From assembly GCA_038874115.1 (NCBI GenBank), contig JAVZDC010000002.1, positions 110,531 through 174,530 on the forward strand: a stretch of 64,000 bases of DNA, given 5' to 3'. Below, in pieces: positions 29,642-39,321 of the stretch (positions are counted from its first letter, which is position 1; each line of letters begins with the position of its first letter). The notes below the pieces were generated by a model. It made no database searches and had not been told where the DNA came from. It was given only the letters and a program-made list of their open reading frames with translations. The position numbers were made by a program, and so were the translations under genes. This DNA is from an archaeon. Its GTDB lineage: Archaea > B1Sed10-29 > JAVZDC01.

Positions 29642-30831
29642 AGGTACTCGACCAACTTTTTTTGATGAATCATATTTTTTAATATTTCACTTTTCATGAT
29701 CCATTCTCTATGCTTGATGCACATTTTTTCATCAATTTTCTTAAAAACATCTTTTAAATTCTCAACTTTTTCCGGATTTCTTTTCAAAGCTTCTCTTACG
29801 CTTTCTCTAACCAACCACACCCCTGCAGGAAGAGCATAACCCGGATGACTTTCTCTTAATATTACAACTCCTGCTTGTCTTTTTCTAGAAAATAAGAATT
29901 CTGAGACAGCTAATCTTGCAGCATAATAACAACCCCCTATTTCAGCATATGTTTTTCTTCCTTTATAAAATTCATGTGAACTAATTATTTCGATTTTTTT
30001 AGAAGGATTCCAAATTGTCCCAGGATACCAAGCTTCGATGAGCTCGTATTTCCATTCTCCCGGAATTAAAATCACAAGCCAAATATCATCGAATCCAACA
30101 TTTTTGTAAAAGTATAGCTCATATGAATCCAAAGTATCAAAAATTTTCAATTGTTTTATTAATTCAGAAGAGACTGTAGAGTCCACAGTTGTAATCGCCC
30201 ATCTTGTTGGGACAATTTTTCTCTCAACTCCAAAAGCACCTGCGCTCAACGCTTTTTGTATTTTAGAAACTTCGACTTTGTTTTTATATGCAAGCAGAAC
30301 TGCATCTTTTGCTTTCAAGCGGTTATCAAAATAGTATTTTTCTAAATATTTGTTCCATTTTGCGTTTCCGATTATTATTTTATTTGCTATCCCTGATGGA
30401 CCAAAAGGTTGACAGACAGGATCAAAAAACCTAGAATAATTTGGAGTTTTTTCAAAGTAAATTTCTGTTTCAAAGTACTTGTCCGCCAAAGCAAAATCAA
30501 TTAAATAATCTGGCGGTTTAGACACGTCTTCGATTTTCCTACCATGGAATAAACTCATTCTGATTTTTATAAATTCCATCAAGTTTATGTTGCTCCATTT
30601 TTCTGGCAAATCAAAGAACTCGGTTTCATCTGAAAATGGGGGGACAAGCGGGCCAGCAAAGACTTTTGGATAATTATACGATCCAACAAAAATACTTGGA
30701 GGACTATTCCCTTTAATTTCCTTTTTGATTTTAGGTACAAGATTTTCTCTAATTTTTAATTTTAAAAGGATGGGACAGAATTTTTTACTGCATAAAAGTT
30801 TTGCCCCTCTACACAAGGTACAAACTTGCAT
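29638..30831 (-). CDS. hypothetical protein with N-terminal Cys-rich Zn-finger-like motif (possibly Nre-like)
   Basis: 397 aa; N-terminus CTLCRGAKLLCSKKFC; family assignment is a weak recollection of archaeal Nre proteins, not verified. Confidence 0.5.
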   Translation of the reverse strand: MQVCTLCRGAKLLCSKKFCPILLKLKIRENLVPKIKKEIKGNSPPSIFVGSYNYPKVFAGPLVPPFSDETEFFDLPEKWSNINLMEFIKIRMSLFHGRKIEDVSKPPDYLIDFALADKYFETEIYFEKTPNYSRFFDPVCQPFGPSGIANKIIIGNAKWNKYLEKYYFDNRLKAKDAVLLAYKNKVEVSKIQKALSAGAFGVERKIVPTRWAITTVDSTVSSELIKQLKIFDTLDSYELYFYKNVGFDDIWLVILIPGEWKYELIEAWYPGTIWNPSKKIEIISSHEFYKGRKTYAEIGGCYYAARLAVSEFLFSRKRQAGVVILRESHPGYALPAGVWLVRESVREALKRNPEKVENLKDVFKKIDEKMCIKHREWIMKSEILKNMIHQKKLVEYL

Positions 30832-30850
30832 TTTTTAATATTATCTTTTC

Positions 30851-31405
30851 TTATATATATTCCAAACTTAACAAGATCGTTAAACTAAGAAAGAATACAA
30901 AGATAAGAATTAAAAGTATTACGAATAGTAGGACTGAGCCAACGCTTTTCCAAAAACTCATCCCAGGTATCTGTCTTAGATTCGAATACAATACGTACAT
31001 GAAATATAAAAATAAAATAAAGAAAAGAATCGCGAGTATTATTTCAAACCCGTTTAAAATTTGAAACAGATTATCCACTAACGCAAACAAAAATAAAAAG
31101 CAATATACTGGGATTGAAAAATGAGATATGAACTTTTTAAATTTTATTTCTGCCCCGCAAATTCGTGCAGCAGCCCATAGAACACCTAGTAATAAAGCCA
31201 AGTTTATGATAAAATAAGTAAACCCGTTGATTATTTCTTTCAACTGAAAGTTATTAAATATTAAAAATAAAAGACAGAACATTAGAGAGAACAATAAAAA
31301 AATAAATGTGTGATCCTGATATTTTATTTTTTCTATATCTTTCCAAGCTTTTTTCGGATTTGTTACACTTTTCCAACAAGATTTAATAATTTCTATAAGT
31401 TTCAT
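30851..31405 (-). CDS. hypothetical polytopic membrane protein (Yip1-like topology)
   Basis: 184 aa with ~5 TM helices; no specific motif recognised. Confidence 0.5.
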   Translation of the reverse strand: MKLIEIIKSCWKSVTNPKKAWKDIEKIKYQDHTFIFLLFSLMFCLLFLIFNNFQLKEIINGFTYFIINLALLLGVLWAAARICGAEIKFKKFISHFSIPVYCFLFLFALVDNLFQILNGFEIILAILFFILFLYFMYVLYSNLRQIPGMSFWKSVGSVLLFVILLILIFVFFLSLTILLSLEYI

Positions 31406-31505
31406 AAAATTTATATGACAACTTAATTTAAAAAATTTTGGTATTCCAGAATTGCGTATTAAAATTAAAAAAGTTTATTAAAAACATTTGATAACTATCA
31501 TCTAT

Positions 31506-31580
31506 GGGCTTATGGCGTAGTTTGGATAGCGCGCCAGGCTTCGGACCTGGAGGTCGGGGGTTCGAATCCCCCTAAGCCCG
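31506..31580 (+). tRNA. tRNA-Arg (anticodon TCG)
   Basis: Acceptor GGGCTTA/TAAGCCC, anticodon stem CCAGG/CCTGG with loop CTTCGGA, T-arm GGGGG-TTCGAAT-CCCCC. Confidence 0.75.
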
Positions 31581-31581
31581 T

Positions 31582-31665
31582 GCAAGGGTGGCAGAGTGGA
31601 CAAATGCGCCAGGTTCAGGGCCTGGTGGCTTAGTGCCTTCAAGGGTTCGAATCCCTTCCCTTGCA
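31582..31665 (+). tRNA. tRNA-Leu (anticodon CAG)
   Basis: Acceptor GCAAGGG/CCCTTGC, anticodon stem CCAGG/CCTGG with loop TTCAGGG, long variable arm TGGCTTAGTGCCTTC, T-arm AAGGG-TTCGAAT-CCCTT. Confidence 0.8.
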
Positions 31666-31673
31666 TTTTTTAA

Positions 31674-32648
31674 TTATTTCTTTCTTTTTCCTGAAGGACA
31701 CAACAAGCAAATTAAAAAGCAAGGAATTTGAATAAACACAATTCCAAAAACAGATAGTATCGACATCCAAACGAGTCCAATCCACAATGGCAAATATTTT
31801 ATTAATTCCTGGAAAATTGCAGTTTTTTCTAATATGGTCCCAATCATGCTTTTACTTTCTTCCTCAATCTTCCCAAGTTTTTCATAAAGAATTTCGGTCT
31901 GTTTTTCCAAATTTTTCTCTTGGTCTTCCCTAATTTTTTCAGCCAAAGAATTAATTATTCTTTGTTTTTCAGCTTCAGGTAGTTGCTCAAAGTTAGGTAC
32001 ATTTTTTGCTTGTTCCTCTGCTAAAGAATATATTTCACTTTCATTTAGTTTCATTCTTTCAACAATTCCCCGAACTTCTTCTTTTGTCATTGAAACTTTC
32101 ATTCCTTTTTGGACGATTTCAATTATACTGTTTTTAAAAACCTCTTGTTTTTCCATAAACTCCATTTGAGTTATTAAGATTCCACTTATTAATGCTGCTA
32201 AACATAGTGATAAAATAATTGTTTTCGAACAACCTGCACTGAAAAATATTTTTTTGATACCTGTTGGAATTTCTTCAATATTTATCGCAGATATGCCCAA
32301 CCCAAAAGCATACAGTATCCCAAAAATAAATACTGCAATCTTGTGATCGAAAAACATGCTACCAATCGCAAAGGCAACAAAGCTTGGTAAAAATGAAATT
32401 AAGAAAGCTTCTTTAGTACTAATCTCCAAAGAAAAGCGTTTTACTAGAACAACACTTATCGAAATTAGAATTCCTACAGATAGGAACAAAACGATTAAAG
32501 ACCAAATGTTATTTAAAAAATATTGAATTCCACTTACAAAATCGTAAATATAATTTATTTTTAATCCTGAGTTTGCAACTAATAGAATCCAACTTAAAGT
32601 TAAGATAAAGACACATGCGGATAATATAACCGACTTTCTATTAACCAT
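31674..32648 (-). CDS. hypothetical membrane protein with central coiled-coil/cytoplasmic segment
   Basis: 324 aa; N-terminal TM cluster, charged Glu/Lys-rich middle segment, C-terminal TM helices. Confidence 0.55.
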   Translation of the reverse strand: MVNRKSVILSACVFILTLSWILLVANSGLKINYIYDFVSGIQYFLNNIWSLIVLFLSVGILISISVVLVKRFSLEISTKEAFLISFLPSFVAFAIGSMFFDHKIAVFIFGILYAFGLGISAINIEEIPTGIKKIFFSAGCSKTIILSLCLAALISGILITQMEFMEKQEVFKNSIIEIVQKGMKVSMTKEEVRGIVERMKLNESEIYSLAEEQAKNVPNFEQLPEAEKQRIINSLAEKIREDQEKNLEKQTEILYEKLGKIEEESKSMIGTILEKTAIFQELIKYLPLWIGLVWMSILSVFGIVFIQIPCFLICLLCPSGKRKK

Positions 32649-32689
32649 GTAAATAAAAAATAACTTATTAAATATATACTTTTGCTTTA

Positions 32690-33571
32690 TTAGAATTCAA
32701 CAAGCGGCCTTGCTCCATCTTTTTCAATTAAAACTGTTTTTTCCGCCTGAGCAACAAAGCTACCCGGAACATCTTGAAGCCCAGGATAACTTTTTATTAT
32801 TTTATTTAATAAAAGCTCCCTTAAACCAAGATTTAATTCAAATTCCCCAAATTCTTTTCTTAACCATCTTTTTGCAAAAGGTAAATTATCATACTTCTCG
32901 ATTTTTGCTAAAAGTTCCCTTCCAGATTTTTGTCTAACCTGACTTTTTTTAACTATTTTAAAAATTTCTACAAAGTTTGTTTCCCTAACTAAACCGCTCC
33001 CTGTTGTAGCAAAAGGCTCTATAGCAAAGACTTGTCCCTCTTCCAATGTTTCTTCCCCTTCGGCAACGTTTGGAATTGAAATCCCGCTATGCAAGTTGTA
33101 CCTTGTAAGTAAATGTCCATGTAAATTTCTGATTGGTTTGAAACCTTTTTCATTTATCGTCCTTAGGATCTCAGCCCCAACTTCTTTTATCTTTATTCCT
33201 GGCTTTATCAATGCGATTGCGTTTTCTAACGCAACTTCACAAGCCTCAACCAAGTTTTGATACTCTCCAGACAAGTCAACAGTAAAAGCACAATCGCATA
33301 TGAAGCCATCGACTTGGGTTCCAATATCTATTTTTATAATATCTTTTTCGGAGAAAGAATACGATGAGCCAAATTCGGGAGTGAAATGCGCCGCTTGATT
33401 ATTTATTGAGATGTTTACAGGAAACGCAGGTTTACAAGTCTCCCAAATCTCCTTTTCTATGCTTTCCGCAATTTCTAAAGCAAATACGCCAGGTTTTATT
33501 TTTTCTTTATACTTTTTTATAATTCTACTTGCAACTTCTCCAGCTTTTAGGTAGCAAGCTAATTCATCCAT
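32690..33571 (-). CDS. map: methionine aminopeptidase, type 2 (archaeal)
   Basis: 293 aa; pita-bread fold metal ligands (…DIGTQVDGFICDCAFT…HGH…EPF) and archaeal MetAP2 C-terminal region. Confidence 0.85.
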   Translation of the reverse strand: MDELACYLKAGEVASRIIKKYKEKIKPGVFALEIAESIEKEIWETCKPAFPVNISINNQAAHFTPEFGSSYSFSEKDIIKIDIGTQVDGFICDCAFTVDLSGEYQNLVEACEVALENAIALIKPGIKIKEVGAEILRTINEKGFKPIRNLHGHLLTRYNLHSGISIPNVAEGEETLEEGQVFAIEPFATTGSGLVRETNFVEIFKIVKKSQVRQKSGRELLAKIEKYDNLPFAKRWLRKEFGEFELNLGLRELLLNKIIKSYPGLQDVPGSFVAQAEKTVLIEKDGARPLVEF

Positions 33572-35802
33572 TTTTCCAAACCTTGTTGTTTTTTAGGAAC
33601 TATATCTTCAGGTTTAACTCCCAATTCTTCTAAAATCTTTAAAACAGCAGGAAGGATTTGATTTTGAATGTAGTATTCTGGATCATATTTTTCATTTTTT
33701 AAAAGTTGTATTGGAATGCTTCGGTCAGATATGCTTCCAGGCCCTTTTACTACGATGTATTCAAGCATCATACCAGGAGTTATTTTATGCCCTGCTTCCA
33801 TGAGTCTTTTGGCAACTTTAACATGAGGAGCTTGCTGTTCGTACTTGGATATTTTCCTTTGTATTTGCGTCATGATTATCAAATCTTCTTTTTTCGCTTT
33901 CCCTTCCTGAACTTCTTTTATAATTTCTCTTAAAGTTTTAACCGCATCCTCTACATTTCCTTCTTTCAATATTTTTTCTATAACTACTTCTTGTGCTTTT
34001 TTAGCAATATTAGCCCAATCTCGCCTCACTAATTCAAAACCTTTTATTTCCAAAACTCCATCCTCTCGTATTAAAGCATACTTCTTTTTTGCAGCCCCGC
34101 CCTCTCTTTTTGTAACAAAAAGTCCACGTGGATAATACCCTTGAAATTCAAGTTCCATTTTTTCTGGAAGTTCTTTATTTATTTTCTCAATCATTTTTTT
34201 AGCATCTTCCAAAGGTTTATTTCCAAGAGTAAAAAAGCAACTATCAGTATCCGCGTAAATAACTTTAAACCCGTTTTCACTAACTTCTTTTATGACTTTT
34301 TGAATGTAATGACGTGCAAGAGCCGTTATAGATTCAGCACATTCTCTGGAATACCATCTGGAGCGAGCAAAACCAAGATATCCATAAAAAGAATTAAGAA
34401 GGATTTTGAGCGCAAATTGTTTGAAATAAAGCTTTTTATACTCTTTTGTTCCGCGATCGTACTTTTTCATCAAATTTTTCGTTTCTATTCTTTTTTCAAT
34501 CAACTCTTCCAAGACTTCCGGAATAAGACCTTTCTTTTTCGTACAAAATTTGTGGTTAACTTCTGGAACTTTAAAGCATTCTTCATGTTCGCAATTTAAC
34601 GTATCCGGGGAAATGTTATGTGCTATTATTATGCTGGGATATAAAGATCTAAAGTCACACACAACTATTTTTTCATGAAGCCCAGGCTCAGGAGATTTTA
34701 CAAAAGCTCCTTTTATAGGGTTTAGCATCCTTTGTTTGATTAAATTTTCAGTCGGTCTTTTCGGGATTAAAATATTTTGTTCAATCGCTTTCCTTATTAT
34801 TAGCCATTCCACAAGTTGCGATGCACTCATCTTTATTATTTCTTCCATCGGGAATCCAAGAAGTTTTGTAAGTTCTATATAAATCGGTAAAATTTCTTCA
34901 CAAAGTTCATATGTAGCCCTTACATCTTCTTGATTGTATCTTAATAATTCTTCAAAATGCTCTTCTTTTTCCCAATACTCTCCAATTTTCTCACAAGGTA
35001 TGTCGAATTTTTCTTTTTTAAAGAATTCTCTATATATTGAAGGAAGGTCGTTTTTTGGCAATCTAATTGCTCCAATACTTGCTAAAAAATCTACAGCATC
35101 GAATACATCTACATGAATCATGTTTGGAATCGTTAATTTCGTCCAAATAGACCTTTTTTTTATGTTTACTTTTTGTTCTTCTGACCCAAATTCAAATTTT
35201 ATTCCCAATTTTTTTGCCCTTTCACTTAAGTAAGGAAAATCAAAAACAGAGGAAGCGTAACCTGTTATTATGTCTGGTTGTTCTTTTGCTACAAAATCCA
35301 AGAATTCTTCTATTATCCTTTTTTCCCCATCTTCTTCCCCCTTTTTCCAATAAAACGTCTTTTCCAAATCTTTCGTTTTAACTCCAATCACGATTATTTG
35401 ATCGTTTTCTGGATTTGGTATTCCAGAAACATTATATACTTCGATATCAAAAGCCAAGATCTTTAAGTCTTTTTCTAATCCATCAAAAACATATTTTTTT
35501 GTATCTAAGAGATATCTAAACACAAAAGGGATATCATGCTCATAAGCTATCCCGCCTTTTTTCTCTATATGTTTGGAAAGTTCAACTACTTGATTCGAAT
35601 TATCACAAAGAATTTTCTTTACTTTTTGAACTTTCTCCCCAACTTTCTTCTCAACATCTTCTGTTCTGATTTCTTTTTCTATCGGCCCAATAGCGTAAAA
35701 ATAAGGAGTAAATTTTACTTTTTTAAATTCCTTTTTCGAATTTATATAAATTTCCCTGATCTCATCGTCCCCGCTTTTAAGAACGTCAAACAACACGGGC
35801 AT
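33559..35802 (-). CDS. polB: DNA polymerase, family B
   Basis: Exo I FDIE (ILAFDIEVY), motif A DFRSLYPSII, motif C YADTDS. Start moved to MPVLFDVLKSG (ATG at 35802), giving ~748 aa; no intein. Confidence 0.9.
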   Translation of the reverse strand: MPVLFDVLKSGDDEIREIYINSKKEFKKVKFTPYFYAIGPIEKEIRTEDVEKKVGEKVQKVKKILCDNSNQVVELSKHIEKKGGIAYEHDIPFVFRYLLDTKKYVFDGLEKDLKILAFDIEVYNVSGIPNPENDQIIVIGVKTKDLEKTFYWKKGEEDGEKRIIEEFLDFVAKEQPDIITGYASSVFDFPYLSERAKKLGIKFEFGSEEQKVNIKKRSIWTKLTIPNMIHVDVFDAVDFLASIGAIRLPKNDLPSIYREFFKKEKFDIPCEKIGEYWEKEEHFEELLRYNQEDVRATYELCEEILPIYIELTKLLGFPMEEIIKMSASQLVEWLIIRKAIEQNILIPKRPTENLIKQRMLNPIKGAFVKSPEPGLHEKIVVCDFRSLYPSIIIAHNISPDTLNCEHEECFKVPEVNHKFCTKKKGLIPEVLEELIEKRIETKNLMKKYDRGTKEYKKLYFKQFALKILLNSFYGYLGFARSRWYSRECAESITALARHYIQKVIKEVSENGFKVIYADTDSCFFTLGNKPLEDAKKMIEKINKELPEKMELEFQGYYPRGLFVTKREGGAAKKKYALIREDGVLEIKGFELVRRDWANIAKKAQEVVIEKILKEGNVEDAVKTLREIIKEVQEGKAKKEDLIIMTQIQRKISKYEQQAPHVKVAKRLMEAGHKITPGMMLEYIVVKGPGSISDRSIPIQLLKNEKYDPEYYIQNQILPAVLKILEELGVKPEDIVPKKQQGLEKWMN

Positions 35803-35866
35803 AAATATTAATAAATAGACGTATTTTAAATATTTGGAGGTGGATTTATTGCCATCTGATCGTGGC

Positions 35867-36301
35867 ATGTCTGCTTTGGATGCTTTAAATATGCAGGTTC
35901 AAACCTTAAATTCAAAGGTAGAAGTAGTAGCTCAAAGAATGAAAGTTATCGAGAAAAATGAACAGATAATTGGAAAAACTTTAATATCTCATAATAAAAC
36001 TTTGAAAGAATTGGAAGACGGGCTAGCTGCTTTAAAGGCAGAGAAGAAAGAAGAATTTCAGCAACAATTCGCTGCTGCTTTGGAAGAATTAAAAGAAAAG
36101 ATTGCTTCTTTTGAAGAAGATTTAAAAAGCTTAAAAAGTCAAGTCGAATATGCTCGTTTAGGAGTCGATGCTTTAAAATCTGATTTATCCAAATTGGAAT
36201 ATGCGTTAGAAGCCATAAACCCTGTTTTATACGTTACTATAGATCAAATTGGAGAATTAATAGAACAAAAGATCGAAGAAGCTTTATCTAAAAAGAAATA
36301 A
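35867..36301 (+). CDS. hypothetical coiled-coil protein
   Basis: ~145 aa of heptad-like Leu/Glu/Lys repeats. Start ambiguous (TTG 35849 after GGAGG, or ATG 35867). Confidence 0.55.
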   Translation: MSALDALNMQVQTLNSKVEVVAQRMKVIEKNEQIIGKTLISHNKTLKELEDGLAALKAEKKEEFQQQFAAALEELKEKIASFEEDLKSLKSQVEYARLGVDALKSDLSKLEYALEAINPVLYVTIDQIGELIEQKIEEALSKKK

Positions 36302-37750
36302 CTATTCACTCAAGAAAGGTCTAATCTTAAATCTGTATGGTTTTGAATTCTTTTCTTTTGCAGCCGCTTCGTTTTCAGTAATAAATTGTAAAATCATTGT
36401 TGAGTTTTGCATAATTTCTTGTGCTATATCGGATTCATGTGGAGTTCCGATGTGTACTCCAACTCCAACTTTTTGACAATCAAAAATACTTTTGAGAATT
36501 TCTTTCTCAATATTTTTTTGAATTTCCGGGGAGACTATCGGCTTTTCGATAAATACACTTGCTTTTAATGTATAGCTCTTGTCCACGACATAATAGAAAT
36601 AAAGTGTTTTTAAAAGGGATAAAAATACAAGTGGCAGCAATTCTTCCTGTTTTTCTAAAAATTCAACTCTGATCGCATTTCCTCCTGTTAAATATTTTGG
36701 TAAAATTTCAGAAATATTCATCTTTCCTTTGAAAATATCCGGGTATGCTTGCTCCAACGTAGACAATATCCTTAAAGCTTGGTAATATTGATTCTTAGTT
36801 GTAGCATCGAAAGCAAGATTAGTCTTTATATCCTCTATTGAACTTATCCCACCTTTTATCTTATTTAAAGCTTGATCAATCATTTCCCATGTCTTTTTCA
36901 CGCTTTCTGAATTCAATCCTAAAAATTCCTTCAAAGTTTCATTTGATATTAAGTTTAGGTCTACTCCAATTCTTTCAAGTGAAATGTTTTTTAAAGGCAA
37001 TCCAACAGGGCTTAAATCAGGGTAGTTCTCAAAATCAAACTTCGGGTTTGGTAGATTCATTGAAGCATAATCTTTTCCTTTATCGAAAAATATCGCCATT
37101 TTTCCACTTAATACGCAATTTTCGATTAAAACATGGAACATCTTTTTTATATCTTTTTGGCTTCCTATTACCACACAAAGCATAAATGAGTTTATCTCTT
37201 CCATGGCCTTTTCTCCAGTAATTTTTCTTCCAATTATCACCTTTGTTGGTTTAACTTCCTCAATTATCCTTTCTTTTTTGGAAACAAGAGCAAAGAATAG
37301 CGCAGGGTCCACAAACAATCTTTTAACCTCTTCTTCTTTTGCATATTTCAATTCCACTAAGTCGATTTTATAAAGTTTTGAAAGTCTGAGAAGATCTTTT
37401 GAAGAAGTTTCACATACATTTATCGATTTTTCTATCGCATCGTTTAATGCACTCATGTTGTATTCCACGTAAACAGGTCCAGAATTTATGATGAAGTATT
37501 TTGTTAAGCTTAAAGGTTCTTTTTTTTCAATTATTTGTGCGTAACCTACAATATTTTCTAAAGCACGAGCAAGAGAACCAACAGCTACGAATACCTTATT
37601 TACTTGCACCAATACTCCTTTAATTTCCTCCCCTTCTTTTTCATAAATACATATTAAAAGAATCCGGTCTGGGTTTTCGAAAATTTTAGTTTCGTATCCT
37701 TGCCAAAAACCTGAAAAGATTTCATTCCAAGGCCCATAAGCAGCTTCCAT
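36302..37750 (-). CDS. hypothetical protein (482 aa)
   Basis: Long uninterrupted ORF in AT-rich DNA; no Walker or other diagnostic motif found. Confidence 0.6.
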   Translation of the reverse strand: MEAAYGPWNEIFSGFWQGYETKIFENPDRILLICIYEKEGEEIKGVLVQVNKVFVAVGSLARALENIVGYAQIIEKKEPLSLTKYFIINSGPVYVEYNMSALNDAIEKSINVCETSSKDLLRLSKLYKIDLVELKYAKEEEVKRLFVDPALFFALVSKKERIIEEVKPTKVIIGRKITGEKAMEEINSFMLCVVIGSQKDIKKMFHVLIENCVLSGKMAIFFDKGKDYASMNLPNPKFDFENYPDLSPVGLPLKNISLERIGVDLNLISNETLKEFLGLNSESVKKTWEMIDQALNKIKGGISSIEDIKTNLAFDATTKNQYYQALRILSTLEQAYPDIFKGKMNISEILPKYLTGGNAIRVEFLEKQEELLPLVFLSLLKTLYFYYVVDKSYTLKASVFIEKPIVSPEIQKNIEKEILKSIFDCQKVGVGVHIGTPHESDIAQEIMQNSTMILQFITENEAAAKEKNSKPYRFKIRPFLSE

Positions 37751-37798
37751 ATTATCATTTAAAGCATAAATATATTTAAACTTGATTTATATCTAATT

Positions 37799-38386
37799 AT
37801 GCCTACCATGGATCCAAAAATGCAGGAAATTATCGACATTCTAAAAAACATGCTTCAGACTGGAGCATCGGATGAAGAAATATCGAATATTCTCCAATCT
37901 GCCGGGATTCCAAAAGAAGATGCAGACTTTTTAATATCTGAGGCAAAAAAATCTTTAGAATCAGAAAAAGCTGCTGCAAAAGCTGCTGAAGAAAAAGCTC
38001 CAACACAGGAAGCACCAACTCCACCTCCTGCGGCTGAAGAGGTAGAGGAAGGAGCAGAAGCTGAGGAAACCGAGGTTGAAGAAGCACCTGAAGGTCTTGG
38101 CGAGATTTTAGAAGAACAACAAAGCATTTTAGAAGAAATATTGTCTAAATTGGACGAACAGAATAAAGATATTTCCGAGTTAAAAACAATGATTACTGAG
38201 ATTAAAGAAAAACAAGCATTTTTAGAACAAAAGATAGAAGAAATAAGTATTCCAGCAGGAGATATACTTCAACTAAAAGAATTTGTTCTTCAGATGAAAC
38301 CTATGATTTCAAACGTAAAGGAATTAAATGAAAAACTTTTAGATATAAACCGAGAAGTATTGATGTGGTTAAAGAGTAAAAAATAA
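37799..38386 (+). CDS. hypothetical acidic coiled-coil protein
   Basis: 195 aa; Pro/Ala/Glu-rich acidic linker (APTQEAPTPPPAAEEVEEGAEAEETEVEEAPE) followed by a coiled-coil segment. Confidence 0.6.
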   Translation: MPTMDPKMQEIIDILKNMLQTGASDEEISNILQSAGIPKEDADFLISEAKKSLESEKAAAKAAEEKAPTQEAPTPPPAAEEVEEGAEAEETEVEEAPEGLGEILEEQQSILEEILSKLDEQNKDISELKTMITEIKEKQAFLEQKIEEISIPAGDILQLKEFVLQMKPMISNVKELNEKLLDINREVLMWLKSKK

Positions 38387-38387
38387 C

Positions 38388-38612
38388 TTATTTCTGAAAT
38401 ATTTTCATAATTTGAGTTAGAATGCTTTTGCTTTTCTTTCCTTTTTTAAAAAGTTTTAAAAACGGAGGTAGTATAGCTTCAATTTCTTTAGATTTACCTT
38501 TCTTATCTTCTTTACTTATGCTTTCAAATAAAATCCCTTCTGCTTCTCCTGGAATTGGAATTTCTTCTTTTGGTGGCTCAGAATAAATTATGATATGTTT
38601 CTTTTTTCCCAT
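38388..38612 (-). CDS. small protein with cationic amphipathic C-terminus (paralogue family member, no TM)
   Basis: 74 aa; HIIIYSEPPKEEIPIP core and tail ILPPFLKLFKKGKKSKSILTQIMKIFQK; related to the three upstream paralogues. Confidence 0.5.
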   Translation of the reverse strand: MGKKKHIIIYSEPPKEEIPIPGEAEGILFESISKEDKKGKSKEIEAILPPFLKLFKKGKKSKSILTQIMKIFQK

Positions 38613-38618
38613 GAAAAC

Positions 38619-38945
38619 TCACTTAAATAAGCTTTTAAATACTTTTCCAAAAGACTTTGATGCTTTAACCCACCAAGGCGGTTCTGCCTCTTCTTCAGGT
38701 TTGTATTTTAAACTTATTTTTTCAGGCATTACGTATGGCGCGGTTCTTTTGCTTTTAATGTAGATGGGATTTAACATTTCTTGTTTTGATTCTTTTTCTT
38801 CTTTTTTCTTAGAAATTAGACTAAATAACAATAAGATTATACTTAGTCCAAAAAGTAGATAAGATAATAACAAGTATTTTGCAATATACAAAAATAATGC
38901 AATTGTCATTAAAATTAATGCGTGATCAGCGTCCATATCAATCAA
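38619..38945 (-). CDS. small membrane protein, paralogue family with cationic amphipathic C-terminal tail
   Basis: 108 aa; two N-terminal TM helices, Lys/Glu linker, NPIYIKSKRTAPYVMPEK core, tail SKSFGKVFKSLFK. Confidence 0.6.
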   Translation of the reverse strand: MIDMDADHALILMTIALFLYIAKYLLLSYLLFGLSIILLLFSLISKKKEEKESKQEMLNPIYIKSKRTAPYVMPEKISLKYKPEEEAEPPWWVKASKSFGKVFKSLFK

Positions 38946-39279
38946 ATATTTTTTTAAAGAGTTTTATTATCGAACCACTCACTTTACCTAAAGACTCACC
39001 AGCCAACATGAAGGTTGAGCCGTGCTTTGGCCATTTTGTAATAATCTCTATCTTTCCTTTTTTCGGGTATAAATACGGAGGCTCTCCTATGTCTTCATAT
39101 ATCACTGGATGTAAAATCGTCTCCTCATCCTCTTTCTCCTTTTTTTCTGTTTTTTTATATTGTTTTTTAGGCCAAACTGCTATCAAAACGCTTAAAAATA
39201 ATAAAAATGCTGCGATGTAAACTTGTAACCAAAAAGCTATTATGAGCGCAACTATGAGTAATAAAAGAATTCTATCCAT
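38938..39279 (-). CDS. small membrane protein, paralogue family with cationic amphipathic C-terminal tail
   Basis: 113 aa; two TM helices, HPVIYEDIGEPPYLYPKK core, tail LGKVSGSIIKLFKKIFD. Confidence 0.6.
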   Translation of the reverse strand: MDRILLLLIVALIIAFWLQVYIAAFLLFLSVLIAVWPKKQYKKTEKKEKEDEETILHPVIYEDIGEPPYLYPKKGKIEIITKWPKHGSTFMLAGESLGKVSGSIIKLFKKIFD

Positions 39280-39321
39280 ACCTAAATTTTATTTTTTAAA
39301 GCTTAATAATCTTTCGCGAGT

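Noticed and set aside
35803-35868. Upstream extension of polB to the track start (MPRSDGNKSTSKYLKYVYLLIF…)
   Set aside because: The extension is not PolB-like and overlaps the divergent coiled-coil gene region; MPVLFDVLKSG at 35802 resembles canonical family B N-termini.
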